Origin: a virus
Lineage: Duplodnaviria > Caudoviricetes
Virus record (IMG/VR): IMGVR_UViG_3300008267_000012
Length of the DNA: 64,000 bases
Reading direction: 5' to 3' (one strand)
Below, piece by piece: positions 42,481 through 52,462 of the stretch; the stretch's first letter is position 1; each line of letters opens with the position of its first letter. The notes under the pieces are model-generated. The model was not told the origin of the DNA, did not search any database, and saw only the letters and a list, made by a program, of their open reading frames with translations. The position numbers were made by a program, and so were the translations under genes.

Positions 42481-43821
42481 TTAAAAAATTCCTGTGTAAT
42501 TTCGTGGATTAATATTTTTTAATTCCTGTTTAACTTCATCACTAACTTCAAGAGAATCAATGAAATCTGAAATTAAACTAGCTGTAATGTTTTTACCTCT
42601 TGAAAATTCTTTTAATTTTTCATAAGGTTTTTCATATTTTTCCCTTCTCAAGATAGTTTGAATACCTTCGGTAATAACCATCCAATTGTTATCCAAATCA
42701 GAATTCATTTTATCTTTATTTGGTTCAATTAGCATTATACCATATAACAAAGATTCAATTGCAACATGAGTATGACCCATTGGTACACCTATGTTTCTAA
42801 GTACGGTTGAATCAGTTAAATCTCTTTGAAGTCTTGAGATAGGAAGTTTCTCAGAGAAATGAGATAGGATTGCATTCGCCATACCAAGATTACCTTCAGC
42901 ATTTTCAAAATCAATTGGGTTAACCTTATGTGGCATAGTAGAAGAACCAACAGTATTATCATTATAAGATAATTTAAAATAATCCATTGAAATGTATTGC
43001 CAAATATCTCTGCACATATCAATTAGGATAGTGTTTATCCTTCTGATATTATCAAACATAGAACACATTAAATCATAGTGTTCAATTTGAGTTGTGTATT
43101 TTTGTCTATAGAGTCCTAATCTATTTTCCAAGAAAGTATCAGCAAACCATTGCCAATCAAAATTTGGATATGCAACACGGTGAGCATTAAAGTTACCTAC
43201 TGCTCCACCAAACTTTCCTGTGAATGGAATCTTTGTTAATGTTTCAACTTGAATATTTAGTCTTTGAACATAGACCATAAACTCTTTACCAAGTATTGTT
43301 GGTGATGCTGCTTGTCCATGTGTATATGCAAGCATTGGAATATCATTCCATATTTTTGATAATTTTAATAAAATATCAATCAATCTATTCATTTTAGGAA
43401 TATAAAATTCTTCCATCCAATCTTGCATCATTATTGGAATTGCTGTATTATTAATATCCTGACTTGTTAATCCAAAATGGATAAGTTCAGTATATTCAGA
43501 TAAACCAAGTTCATTTAATTTATCTTTTAAATAATATTCAATCGCTTTAACATCATGGTTAATACTTGCTTCAATAACTTTTATACTCAAAGCATTACTT
43601 TCATTAAAGGTTTTATACAAATCCTTTAGTTTATCTTTAGGGATATCTACATATTCATATTCAGGTAAGTTTTCAATGAGGTAGATAAAGTACTCAACTT
43701 CAACCTGTAAGCGGTATTTCATAAATGCGCTTTCAGAAAAGTAATGAGAAAGAAAATTTACTTTGGAAAAATATCTCCCATCAATCGGGCTAATCGCCTT
43801 GAGTTCAGTAAGTTTAATCAT
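42481..43821 (-). CDS. purB: Adenylosuccinate lyase
   Basis: AISPIDGRY...IHFGLTSQDINN...THGQAASPT...GSSTMPHKVNPIDFENAEGNLG...SRLQRDLTDSTVLRN; start corrected to just after the TATATTTG box at 43826. Confidence 0.95.
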   Translation of the reverse strand: MIKLTELKAISPIDGRYFSKVNFLSHYFSESAFMKYRLQVEVEYFIYLIENLPEYEYVDIPKDKLKDLYKTFNESNALSIKVIEASINHDVKAIEYYLKDKLNELGLSEYTELIHFGLTSQDINNTAIPIMMQDWMEEFYIPKMNRLIDILLKLSKIWNDIPMLAYTHGQAASPTILGKEFMVYVQRLNIQVETLTKIPFTGKFGGAVGNFNAHRVAYPNFDWQWFADTFLENRLGLYRQKYTTQIEHYDLMCSMFDNIRRINTILIDMCRDIWQYISMDYFKLSYNDNTVGSSTMPHKVNPIDFENAEGNLGMANAILSHFSEKLPISRLQRDLTDSTVLRNIGVPMGHTHVAIESLLYGIMLIEPNKDKMNSDLDNNWMVITEGIQTILRREKYEKPYEKLKEFSRGKNITASLISDFIDSLEVSDEVKQELKNINPRNYTGIF

Positions 43822-43881
43822 AAGGCAAATATAAAAAAAAACCTTGAGTTTCCCCAAGGTTAAAAAAAATAAAGTAAATAA

Positions 43882-45225
43882 TTATTTTACAGGTCTAAAT
43901 TTAGGTGGGATTATATCAATAAGTTTTTCATCAAAATTATAATTATTATATTTAATAATATATCTTAGTAATTTAGCTAAAAAATCTAATTCAGTAACAG
44001 CAACATTTGAACCTTTTTTTCCACTTTCTCTATATTTGTTAATTGTATTATTTATAGTATTTAAAGCCATTTTTGCTTCACTATTTGATAATCTTTGATT
44101 CATATCTAAGTTAGGGAATATATTTAATGTTTTAAGTTGTCTATTAACTTTTTTCCAATATTTCCAATAAGCCATAAATGTTTCATTTCTTGCTTTATCT
44201 TTTGATTTTTCACCTGCTTCTTGTGTTCCATGTACTAAAAGTGCAAATGTTTTATCTCTTCCACCAGGTTGCATTGCAAGTGTATCATCTAAATCAACTA
44301 ATAATCCTGCCTCATAAGCATCTTCAGGTCTTTGAAAAACTTCTGATTGTTTTATATCAATATTTTCTAATTGGTCATCTGCTCTTCCACCTTTACTTAA
44401 AGTAATTGCAAAATTTGGTATGTCTCTTAGTGCTTGTTCTGCAAATTTAACATAAGGTACTGATTTTGTATAAGCATAAAATTTCATTTCAGGCATTCTT
44501 TGTGCAACTTTCATCCATGCTTGTAAATATTCACCATTGTAAAAATCACCTGATTCATGTATTCTTAATGTTTCAAATTCTCCATTTGAATCCATATAAT
44601 AATAAATTGACCTTTCAATTAAATCTGCTTGTGCATCTGCACCACCATCTTTACCTGCTGCGATTAATAAATCAAAATTATGCCATCTATTTTTTCTAAC
44701 AGCATCATATTGCATTTCTTGATTTGCTGCATAACAATCAAATTGTGCGTCTTTACCTTTTGTTACAACTACATCACCTGTATATTCTATTTCCTTTCCT
44801 GTTTTTCTACTTATTTTAGTTGTTCCAACTTTTTCAGGGTCCATTACTCTTTCTCTTGAAACCTTTTTTAAGCAGTCTTTTGCAAAAGGACATGACCATC
44901 CAGCAGGTAGTGAAAAGGTCATTACTTTGCCACCAAGTTTAGTGTTTTCTGAGCTAAATGTTAAAACACATATATCAAGTAGTGCATCCATTTCTTCGGC
45001 TTGTTCATATAAACGATTTAAAAATCCACAATTATCACCTTTTGCCAACAATTTAGCGGATTCTGCTAAAAATTTATTATTGTTTAATTTAGTACCTCTA
45101 AAAATTGGTCTAATATCGTTGTAAACTTTTTCTTCTTTTAGTAATGTAGGTTTTTGCCCTTGACAACTTACACAATCATTAACTTCTTCAAGTATTAATC
45201 TTTTTAATAAATTCTTTAAACTCAT
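43882..45225 (-). CDS. GP88-like (Cys-cluster, radical-SAM-related) protein with putative capsid-targeting N-terminus
   Basis: FSLPAGWSCPFAKDC...DCYA...LRIHESGDFY...FYAYTKS...TLSKGG; start MSLKNLLKRLILEE; late motif at 45243. Confidence 0.65.
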   Translation of the reverse strand: MSLKNLLKRLILEEVNDCVSCQGQKPTLLKEEKVYNDIRPIFRGTKLNNNKFLAESAKLLAKGDNCGFLNRLYEQAEEMDALLDICVLTFSSENTKLGGKVMTFSLPAGWSCPFAKDCLKKVSRERVMDPEKVGTTKISRKTGKEIEYTGDVVVTKGKDAQFDCYAANQEMQYDAVRKNRWHNFDLLIAAGKDGGADAQADLIERSIYYYMDSNGEFETLRIHESGDFYNGEYLQAWMKVAQRMPEMKFYAYTKSVPYVKFAEQALRDIPNFAITLSKGGRADDQLENIDIKQSEVFQRPEDAYEAGLLVDLDDTLAMQPGGRDKTFALLVHGTQEAGEKSKDKARNETFMAYWKYWKKVNRQLKTLNIFPNLDMNQRLSNSEAKMALNTINNTINKYRESGKKGSNVAVTELDFLAKLLRYIIKYNNYNFDEKLIDIIPPKFRPVK

Positions 45226-45318
45226 TTTAAATATATTTAATATAAATAGTATAAAAACCAAAAACCCTCTAATTTCTCAGAGGGTTAAAGGATGAAAAAC
45301 AAACCAATAATTGGTATC

Positions 45319-47397
45319 TTAAAGCATCATCTTTGCTATATCTTCATACGAATTTGTAAAATCTTCAAGCATAAAACAAGTATCAGCATCTTCTTTATTC
45401 TCAACAAGTAAACCTCTTGCTTCTGTATGTAAAAGAAGTATGTCAAAAGCAGATACAGCAGGTAATTTACTATAATGATTAATTACATCAATAATACTAT
45501 TTGAATCAAGTGCAGCAACAGGTTTACCATCTGTATCTTCATCAATAAATATATACTCTTTAGCTTGTAAATCTAAAATAGTTACAAGAGTATTAGTTGA
45601 TTCTGATTGTAACATCTGAGTATTAGAAATGGTTTGAGGACACCACATTGCATTCGCTTCAGGATGTTCTCTTTCCATTAAACCAAATACAGATTCAACT
45701 GATGCAAGTGAACGACCATTATAGTTTCTTACATCAACCATAACATATCTATAACCCTTTGCAAGAGTATCTGCAATATCAATATCAATGTATTCAGCAC
45801 ATGGTCCTTGGCGATGTCTTACATCTCCTGAGTGAATGTTATTTTCAAATCTTGGACTATGAAATGAAACTAAATTTGTTTTATTTTCACCAACAAATGT
45901 TGCTGACAAATCCAAATCTTCTTCACCATTCTCATCCATCCAATAAACGAATGCACGAATAACTCTTGCATCAGCATTATCAAATGCAATTCTTTGACCT
46001 CTAATTCTTGGCTTCAAAGACATATTCAATGAACGCATATTTGTTGGCAATGGAATCTTTCTGAGTTCATCATCAATATAAACTTTACCAAGTTTATCAA
46101 GAGTTGAAAACTTATTTTTAAGTATATCCCAAATTGATTGTTGAACTGCTCCAATAACTCTAACAGGAAGTGCTTCAAGTGTTGGTAATGGGTATGCTTT
46201 CCTAGAACCTTTAATGGTTACTCTTCTATACTCTTGTTTCTTTGCTCTTGATTCAAAGTGACTATAAACCTCAAATAATACTTTATTAGAAGACCTTGCT
46301 GCTGATGCTCCAAAATATTCCATAATCATTTTAGTATGATTTGGATTTGTTCTAATCAATGCATCCATTCTTCTTGAAAATTCTCCTGGTCTTTCAGATA
46401 GTTTTTGAAGACCATTTTCAAAAGATACTTCAAATGCTTTCTTTACATCTGAATACCAACTTTTAGGATTCTCATTCCTAATTTCATCAAAGAATTTTGC
46501 AGCCTTTGGGAATTTATTCTTGTATTCAGTTGGATGAAGTCTTTCTCCCAAACGAATCCAACGATTTGCTTTAAGCACACCTTCCTTTGAATCACAATTA
46601 GTTTGCTCAAGCAATGAAAGAATATATTTTCTCTCTGCTCTTGTAAACTTTTTAAATTTAAATGCTTCCCTTGCAGGATTAGCAATTCTTGTTTTAGTCC
46701 AAGCATTTGCTTTAACCATCTTTCTTGGAACTTTAGGTAATGATACATCACCACCTGAGATATAAACACAAACCCTGAGAACATCAGTAACTGATTTAAC
46801 AGGTACATTCAATCCAAATGATGCCAACATACAAAGAGTTTCCTTAAAAGGAATTTCTTTTGGTAATATGCTATTCAATGAAGTACCATATTCTTTAATG
46901 AACCATTGAATAATTTCTCTGTCCACAGGTGTAAGAGAAGTATTGATTGAACATAGGTCAGTAAAGATTCGCATAAACCTTTGCTCTGTGATTGGTTCTA
47001 AGACTGTGTATTTGATATTCTCAAACTTAACAGGTCTTTCCATCTCAACAGATTCAGGTGACCATTCACCATTAGAAAGATAATGAATAATCTGATTGAA
47101 AAATAATTCACAATCAGACATAGACATTACCTCTTGAGGAAAGTTTTTATATAATGGCTGATAGTCATAGCGACCACCCATATTCTCTTTCAAAAACTCT
47201 ACCGCTTCATCATTGAACTGAATTACTTCATTTCTACTTGCGCTTGAAAGATAACCCAATGCTTCTTCTGAAAGCATATAACCATACTGCATCAAGTTTG
47301 CTTGAACAGTCAAAGCCAAGTTGCGATTATTCTCAGTTGATACAGAGAAAGATACAAACCCTTTGTAAAGAGCAATGGTATTTTTGGTCAGTTTCAT
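45319..47397 (-). CDS. Large protein with C-terminal TerD-like domain
   Basis: N-terminal YQPLYKNFP.EV...NQIIHY, TDVLR...SGGDVSL, RPGEF.RR.D; C-terminal DLDLSA...HSGDV...AEYIDID...VRNYNG. Confidence 0.65.
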   Translation of the reverse strand: MKLTKNTIALYKGFVSFSVSTENNRNLALTVQANLMQYGYMLSEEALGYLSSASRNEVIQFNDEAVEFLKENMGGRYDYQPLYKNFPQEVMSMSDCELFFNQIIHYLSNGEWSPESVEMERPVKFENIKYTVLEPITEQRFMRIFTDLCSINTSLTPVDREIIQWFIKEYGTSLNSILPKEIPFKETLCMLASFGLNVPVKSVTDVLRVCVYISGGDVSLPKVPRKMVKANAWTKTRIANPAREAFKFKKFTRAERKYILSLLEQTNCDSKEGVLKANRWIRLGERLHPTEYKNKFPKAAKFFDEIRNENPKSWYSDVKKAFEVSFENGLQKLSERPGEFSRRMDALIRTNPNHTKMIMEYFGASAARSSNKVLFEVYSHFESRAKKQEYRRVTIKGSRKAYPLPTLEALPVRVIGAVQQSIWDILKNKFSTLDKLGKVYIDDELRKIPLPTNMRSLNMSLKPRIRGQRIAFDNADARVIRAFVYWMDENGEEDLDLSATFVGENKTNLVSFHSPRFENNIHSGDVRHRQGPCAEYIDIDIADTLAKGYRYVMVDVRNYNGRSLASVESVFGLMEREHPEANAMWCPQTISNTQMLQSESTNTLVTILDLQAKEYIFIDEDTDGKPVAALDSNSIIDVINHYSKLPAVSAFDILLLHTEARGLLVENKEDADTCFMLEDFTNSYEDIAKMML

Positions 47398-47434
47398 AAC
47401 GCAAATATAAGTGTTTCTTTAAAAATAAAAAAAA

Positions 47435-47548
47435 TTATTTTCTTCTTTGTCTTAAAGCAGATGCTGCAACTGATTTAATTTTTTTACTAGTAGATGATTT
47501 TAGAATCTTACTTGCTTTTTTTGCAACGGTTTTTGATGTCTTTGCCAT
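47435..47548 (-). CDS. 37-aa basic peptide (missed by ORF track)
   Basis: MAKTSKTVAKKASKILKSSTSKKIKSVAASALRQRRK; own TATATTTG box at 47553. Confidence 0.6.
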   Translation of the reverse strand: MAKTSKTVAKKASKILKSSTSKKIKSVAASALRQRRK

Positions 47549-47595
47549 ACATCAAATATATACGATTTTTTTAAAAAAATAAAAATTTTAAAAAA

Positions 47596-47868
47596 TTATT
47601 CACAATCAGTTGTTACTGCTTTGTAATAAGTTGTATCGTGAAGTTTATATGTTTCCATATTAAATTGATTTCCAATCCAAGAGTTACCATCACCACATGA
47701 ATTATATCTTGATGTGCTTGTTTTTGGATAACCATCTCTGTTTGGAATATACTTTTCCGATACCATCTGTGTACAGATTTGGCATTTTTCTTTTTTGCAA
47801 CTTAATATGAAAATTAAAGAAATGAATAAAATACTATTAAGTCTAAATATTTTTTTTAGACTCTTCAT
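47596..47868 (-). CDS. Small Cys-rich lipoprotein
   Basis: FILS-CKKEKCQIC...SC...TDCE; paralog of 54847-55161. Confidence 0.65.
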   Translation of the reverse strand: MKSLKKIFRLNSILFISLIFILSCKKEKCQICTQMVSEKYIPNRDGYPKTSTSRYNSCGDGNSWIGNQFNMETYKLHDTTYYKAVTTDCE

Positions 47869-47885
47869 ATATGTATATAGTATTT

Positions 47886-50800
47886 TTATTCTGAAAATAT
47901 ATTATTATAAAAATAATGCTTAGTTCCACTCTGATTTAATGGACAATTAGGTGATATTGATTTTACTTCAATACTATACCAACGATTAGAAACATTTGGT
48001 TGAGGTGACATTAATTTTTGTATTTGTTTTGATGATATTTCTTGTGCTGTTGGGTAATAATTAGTCATACTATTAGGTGTATAACATCCAACAGGTAAAG
48101 AAATATCAGATGGTGGTGAATTTATATTACTCTCTTTATAATAACATACTCTTAAATTATATTTATTAGCATTTGGGTTTAATTTAAATGAGAATAACCA
48201 TTTATTTGCTAAGTCTCTTTGCGTTGAGAGATTACCTACATCACAAATTGATAAAGTTTTAAATGAAATTATTTTACCAAAAGTTGTAGGGCCAGTAAAA
48301 CTATTATATCTTATATATGGTCTCATATAATATGTTGTATTTGGTTCTAAATTAAATTCATTTTCAATAATTGTATTACCTGTATTTGTATTTGATAATA
48401 TTACATTTGGTGAACTATTATATAAACCATCAGTAAAAAAAAGATTATTCAATGATGTACTATATTGTACTCCTTTAAAAGCAATAAAAAAATTTTCATA
48501 ATTTGATATATTATAATTAAATCTAACTTTATTATATGAGATATTTGAAATATTTTCTGAACTTACACTTGGTGGTGAAGTTATTATTGAATCAATATTA
48601 GATAAACAATCAAAACAACAATTTTTTGATTTATATTTTTGATAATATTTTGTATATGGTAATAAATTTTCCGTAAAACCTCCAATACCATTCATCACAG
48701 GTAATGGATAAAGATAAATTTGAAATGGTGTTATTATTGAATCATAAGTTTGAAAACTTATATCAGTTGATGTTATTAAAGATTCATTAGTTAAAGAATT
48801 ATCATTTTTTGATGATGTAGCACCTTGAGAGAAAATTTTACTAGTCCAAGCATCGTTTATTTTTTCAGTAATAGAAACTGGTCTCGGTTGTGTAACTAAT
48901 AAACAAATTGGTTGTGTAACTAATCTATTTGTAAAAGATAATTCATCTCCATAAAATGTATCATTTGAGTTAGTAGCAAATGCTCTAACATAATATGTTG
49001 TTTGATTTGATGAACTTGGATATGTAATAGTATTATTAAAAAAGTTACTATTATTACCATAGCTTACATTATCACTTATAGTAGGATTTTGAGAGGTTGA
49101 CCAACAAATTCCTCTTGATATTATTGGTGAAGTAGCTAGATTTAATATTACACCACCACTTTTTGCAGAAGCATAATCAATATTTGTTATTGAATTTGTT
49201 TGTACAACCAATATATCAGGAAGTGTTGTAAATTCTATCTCATTTCCATATGTTATCCCTAATGAATTACTACAATATGCTCTTGCATAATATGTTGTGT
49301 TTGGTTGTAATCCACTAAAATATAATGAAAATTTTTGATATGGATATATAAAAGTACCAGATAGGTTATTATCACTTATAGTAGGATTTGGTGAGGTTGA
49401 GTAACAAATTCCTCTCATAATCATTGGTAATCCACCTGTTGAATTTATAATACCGTTTAAATATCCTGTTTGTGTTAAAACATTTGTTGCAGGAAGTGTT
49501 GTAACTGATGGTAAACTAGCTGCTGCTGTATTTACTACTACTTCATTACCGTATCCTGTATATTGAGAGTTTCTAGAAAATGCTCTAAAATAATATGTTG
49601 TGTTAGCATTTAGATTTTTAATATTTAATGTGAATGTATCACTAGTTGCATTACTATAAGAAATAAAATTATTTATTGTAGGATTTGATGAAGTTGACCA
49701 ACATATGCCTTTAAAAACAGTTGGTGTTCCACCTTCATCATTTATTATACCACCAATTGTTAGTGTATCTGATGTGATATTTGATGCTGATGTTGTTGTT
49801 ACTATTGGTGTAAAAACAGTATCAAATGGTATTTGTGGTGAACCATAAAGATTAGACCTTATTGAATATCTAGGATATTTACCAAATCCAAGATTAAAAT
49901 CTATACTACCATTATTATTACAATAACTCATTATAGTACCATTGTTATTAGTTATTGGAGTACTATAACAATTAGGATTTTGAGGGCAACTATCAATACT
50001 ACCTATAAAACTTCCTTGGTCATTTTTCCAAACACAAGCATGTGTATGGTTACTTCCTAAAACATGTCCTAATTCATGTGTAAAAAGATAAACAGGTACT
50101 GACCAAGTTGTACCAAAATTATTTGTTGGTACTCCACCATTATAAACATCTGTAAAAAAGAAACACTTATTTGCTGGTATACTTGGGTTAGCATTACTAT
50201 ATCCATTAGATTGTCCATTAAGATACGCTACACCAACACCATTTGGTATTGCTTCTTTACCAATTAAATGTTTAAAATGTTGTGTTGTTGATGTTGGTGT
50301 ACCTGCATTTATATTAGTTACAAATTTACCAAATATTTGATTATAACTTAATCCTTCATAAGGGTCAACTTGGTCATCCCAAATAAATATTTCTCTTAAA
50401 GAAACTTTAACCCCTTCTCTAAGAAATATTGCGGATGAGTTTGCCCAAATTGTAACTACATTATCTCTAGTTAATGCACTATCACTACCCCAAGATATAT
50501 GTATAGAATTCATTACTTCAGAATAAACTTTACAGGTTTTTTTTATTAGTTTATTTGGATTATAAAAATCTGAATTAACTAAAGTAACTGACTCTACCTG
50601 TTGGTTAGTATCTAATGAATTACATGTTAAAGGTATTTTTTTTAAGCTGTTATCTTCTACAACTTTTGATGGTGTCATATTAAAAAATCTTTTACCATCA
50701 CTTGTGTATGTACCTTGCCAACCTCTTTTAGTATAATGTAATGTACTCAAGTAAGTTCTTGAGCGATAAATAATTGGTTTGTATGCATAACTTTTACCTG

Positions 50801-51005
50801 ATGATGTTTTTACTAAAATATCATCAACTTCAATTTTATCATAAATATCTTTTTTACCATCTGGTAATTTTGATACAAAACTTTCTAAAAATAGAAATTT
50901 TTTATTAATTTTTGACCCACTATTGTTCCAAACATTAAATACTCTCTGACCATTTATATTAAAGGTAATTAATAATGATATTATTAATAATATTAATCTA
51001 CACAT
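47886..51005 (-). CDS. Secreted M12B/reprolysin-like zinc metalloprotease with FN3-like repeats
   Basis: Signal peptide; HELGHVLGSNH (HExxHxxGxxH); three clear and two degenerate ~95-aa repeats ending NTTYY.RA...YG.E; late motif at 51021. Confidence 0.85.
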   Translation of the reverse strand: MCRLILLIISLLITFNINGQRVFNVWNNSGSKINKKFLFLESFVSKLPDGKKDIYDKIEVDDILVKTSSGKSYAYKPIIYRSRTYLSTLHYTKRGWQGTYTSDGKRFFNMTPSKVVEDNSLKKIPLTCNSLDTNQQVESVTLVNSDFYNPNKLIKKTCKVYSEVMNSIHISWGSDSALTRDNVVTIWANSSAIFLREGVKVSLREIFIWDDQVDPYEGLSYNQIFGKFVTNINAGTPTSTTQHFKHLIGKEAIPNGVGVAYLNGQSNGYSNANPSIPANKCFFFTDVYNGGVPTNNFGTTWSVPVYLFTHELGHVLGSNHTHACVWKNDQGSFIGSIDSCPQNPNCYSTPITNNNGTIMSYCNNNGSIDFNLGFGKYPRYSIRSNLYGSPQIPFDTVFTPIVTTTSASNITSDTLTIGGIINDEGGTPTVFKGICWSTSSNPTINNFISYSNATSDTFTLNIKNLNANTTYYFRAFSRNSQYTGYGNEVVVNTAAASLPSVTTLPATNVLTQTGYLNGIINSTGGLPMIMRGICYSTSPNPTISDNNLSGTFIYPYQKFSLYFSGLQPNTTYYARAYCSNSLGITYGNEIEFTTLPDILVVQTNSITNIDYASAKSGGVILNLATSPIISRGICWSTSQNPTISDNVSYGNNSNFFNNTITYPSSSNQTTYYVRAFATNSNDTFYGDELSFTNRLVTQPICLLVTQPRPVSITEKINDAWTSKIFSQGATSSKNDNSLTNESLITSTDISFQTYDSIITPFQIYLYPLPVMNGIGGFTENLLPYTKYYQKYKSKNCCFDCLSNIDSIITSPPSVSSENISNISYNKVRFNYNISNYENFFIAFKGVQYSTSLNNLFFTDGLYNSSPNVILSNTNTGNTIIENEFNLEPNTTYYMRPYIRYNSFTGPTTFGKIISFKTLSICDVGNLSTQRDLANKWLFSFKLNPNANKYNLRVCYYKESNINSPPSDISLPVGCYTPNSMTNYYPTAQEISSKQIQKLMSPQPNVSNRWYSIEVKSISPNCPLNQSGTKHYFYNNIFSE

Positions 51006-51031
51006 TTATTTAATTTACTATAAATAGTAAA

Positions 51032-51493
51032 TTAAACCCAAGCCTCTATAAATTTGGAAGGCTTTTCATCTATGAAATAATAATCTTCTAAACCTAAATA
51101 ATTTAATTTTTCTAATTCATGTTTTTTGATAATAAAGAATTCTATTCCTTGTTTGGTTTTATCATCCATATAGAAATATATTTTATCATCTGAAATAAAA
51201 TCTTTTATTATGTTTTTTGTTGATGCTTTCTCAACAACAACATATTCAGATTCATATAAATCATTTACTTCTTGTGCAAGTATATTTGAGAACTGCTCTC
51301 TGACTATATCTGTATCAGTTAAATTATTTCTATCAAGTATTCTTTGATATGCAAATTCAAATAAATAACAGAAGTAATCGCTGAATGATTCATCATTCAT
51401 TAAGTCCTGTTTTAGGTTTTTGTGAATGAGATATAATTCGCCAAGTGCGGTTTCAAAGTCAACCGTAAAATTGCGCTTCAAAGGAAATTTCAT
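51032..51493 (-). CDS. Hypothetical protein
   Basis: 153-aa ORF starting inside direct-repeat copy A. Confidence 0.6.
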   Translation of the reverse strand: MKFPLKRNFTVDFETALGELYLIHKNLKQDLMNDESFSDYFCYLFEFAYQRILDRNNLTDTDIVREQFSNILAQEVNDLYESEYVVVEKASTKNIIKDFISDDKIYFYMDDKTKQGIEFFIIKKHELEKLNYLGLEDYYFIDEKPSKFIEAWV

Positions 51494-51544
51494 TGAGCAA
51501 ATTTAAGAATTTTAAAAATTTAAACGTATTTTTTTATAAAAAAA

Positions 51545-52462
51545 ATGAAAAAAGTAAGTGTAATTTTAAGTTCATATAATAGTGAAAAAACTATAAAAAA
51601 TACTATTGATTCAATTAATAATCAAGAAGGGAATGGAAGTGAATTTCAAATTGAGTTAATCGTAATTGATGATTGTTCAACTGATTCTACATTTTCTATT
51701 ATAAAGAAAATGAATTGTATTTCTTTAAAAAATGATAAAAATTCAGGTGGCCCAAATAAAGGTAGAAATATTGGTTTAAAAATGGCTACAGGTGATTTTA
51801 TTTGTATTGCTGACCATGATGATATTTGGGAAACTTATAAAATAAAAACATTACTACCTTACTTAGAATTAGTACCAATTGTAACTTCAGGATATAAAGT
51901 AATTGATACTAAAAATAATAGAGAAATTATTAAAGTGAATACAAGTAAAGATGAATATATTTATTATGAACCAAATAAAACATTTTTAAAATTATTATCT
52001 AGGTCGTTAAAAGGTCAAAAAACTTATTTAGGTTCTATTATTTACAGAAAAGAATTAAAAAATATATTATTTGAAGAAAATTTTGGAGGTGTTGATTATG
52101 ATTGGAGTCTTAAACTATTTCATAAAAATCCATCTATTGAAGTGTGTAAAACTTTATATAAAAGAATGGTAGATGGTTCAAATCTTTCAATGAATGAAAA
52201 TTATAGAAAATATGATTTTTATTATTCATTAATGACACTTGAAGAATATCAAGAAGAATACTCATCAGAAGTTAATATAGGTTATAAAAAAATACACGGA
52301 AGTAGAGCAAGATATTATTATATCTTAGACAATATGAAAAAAGCAAGATTTTATTTTTTAAAATCAAGTTTTAATATAAAAACTTTACTATACTATATAA
52401 CTTCTTTTGTTGGTCACAAATTAGTTAAAAAATATTTTGGTTTGTATTATATATTTGGTTGA
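51545..52462 (+). CDS. Glycosyltransferase family 2
   Basis: VSVILSSYNSEKTI...IVIDDCSTD...NSGGPNKGRN.G...GDFICIADHDDIW. Confidence 0.9.
   Translation: MKKVSVILSSYNSEKTIKNTIDSINNQEGNGSEFQIELIVIDDCSTDSTFSIIKKMNCISLKNDKNSGGPNKGRNIGLKMATGDFICIADHDDIWETYKIKTLLPYLELVPIVTSGYKVIDTKNNREIIKVNTSKDEYIYYEPNKTFLKLLSRSLKGQKTYLGSIIYRKELKNILFEENFGGVDYDWSLKLFHKNPSIEVCKTLYKRMVDGSNLSMNENYRKYDFYYSLMTLEEYQEEYSSEVNIGYKKIHGSRARYYYILDNMKKARFYFLKSSFNIKTLLYYITSFVGHKLVKKYFGLYYIFG

Noticed and set aside
30898-43821. Bacterial chromosome segment (because of pyr/pur genes)
   Set aside because: The genes are interleaved with phage-type mini-ORF arrays and share promoter classes with them; no housekeeping operon context. 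Chimeric assembly cannot be fully excluded without reads.
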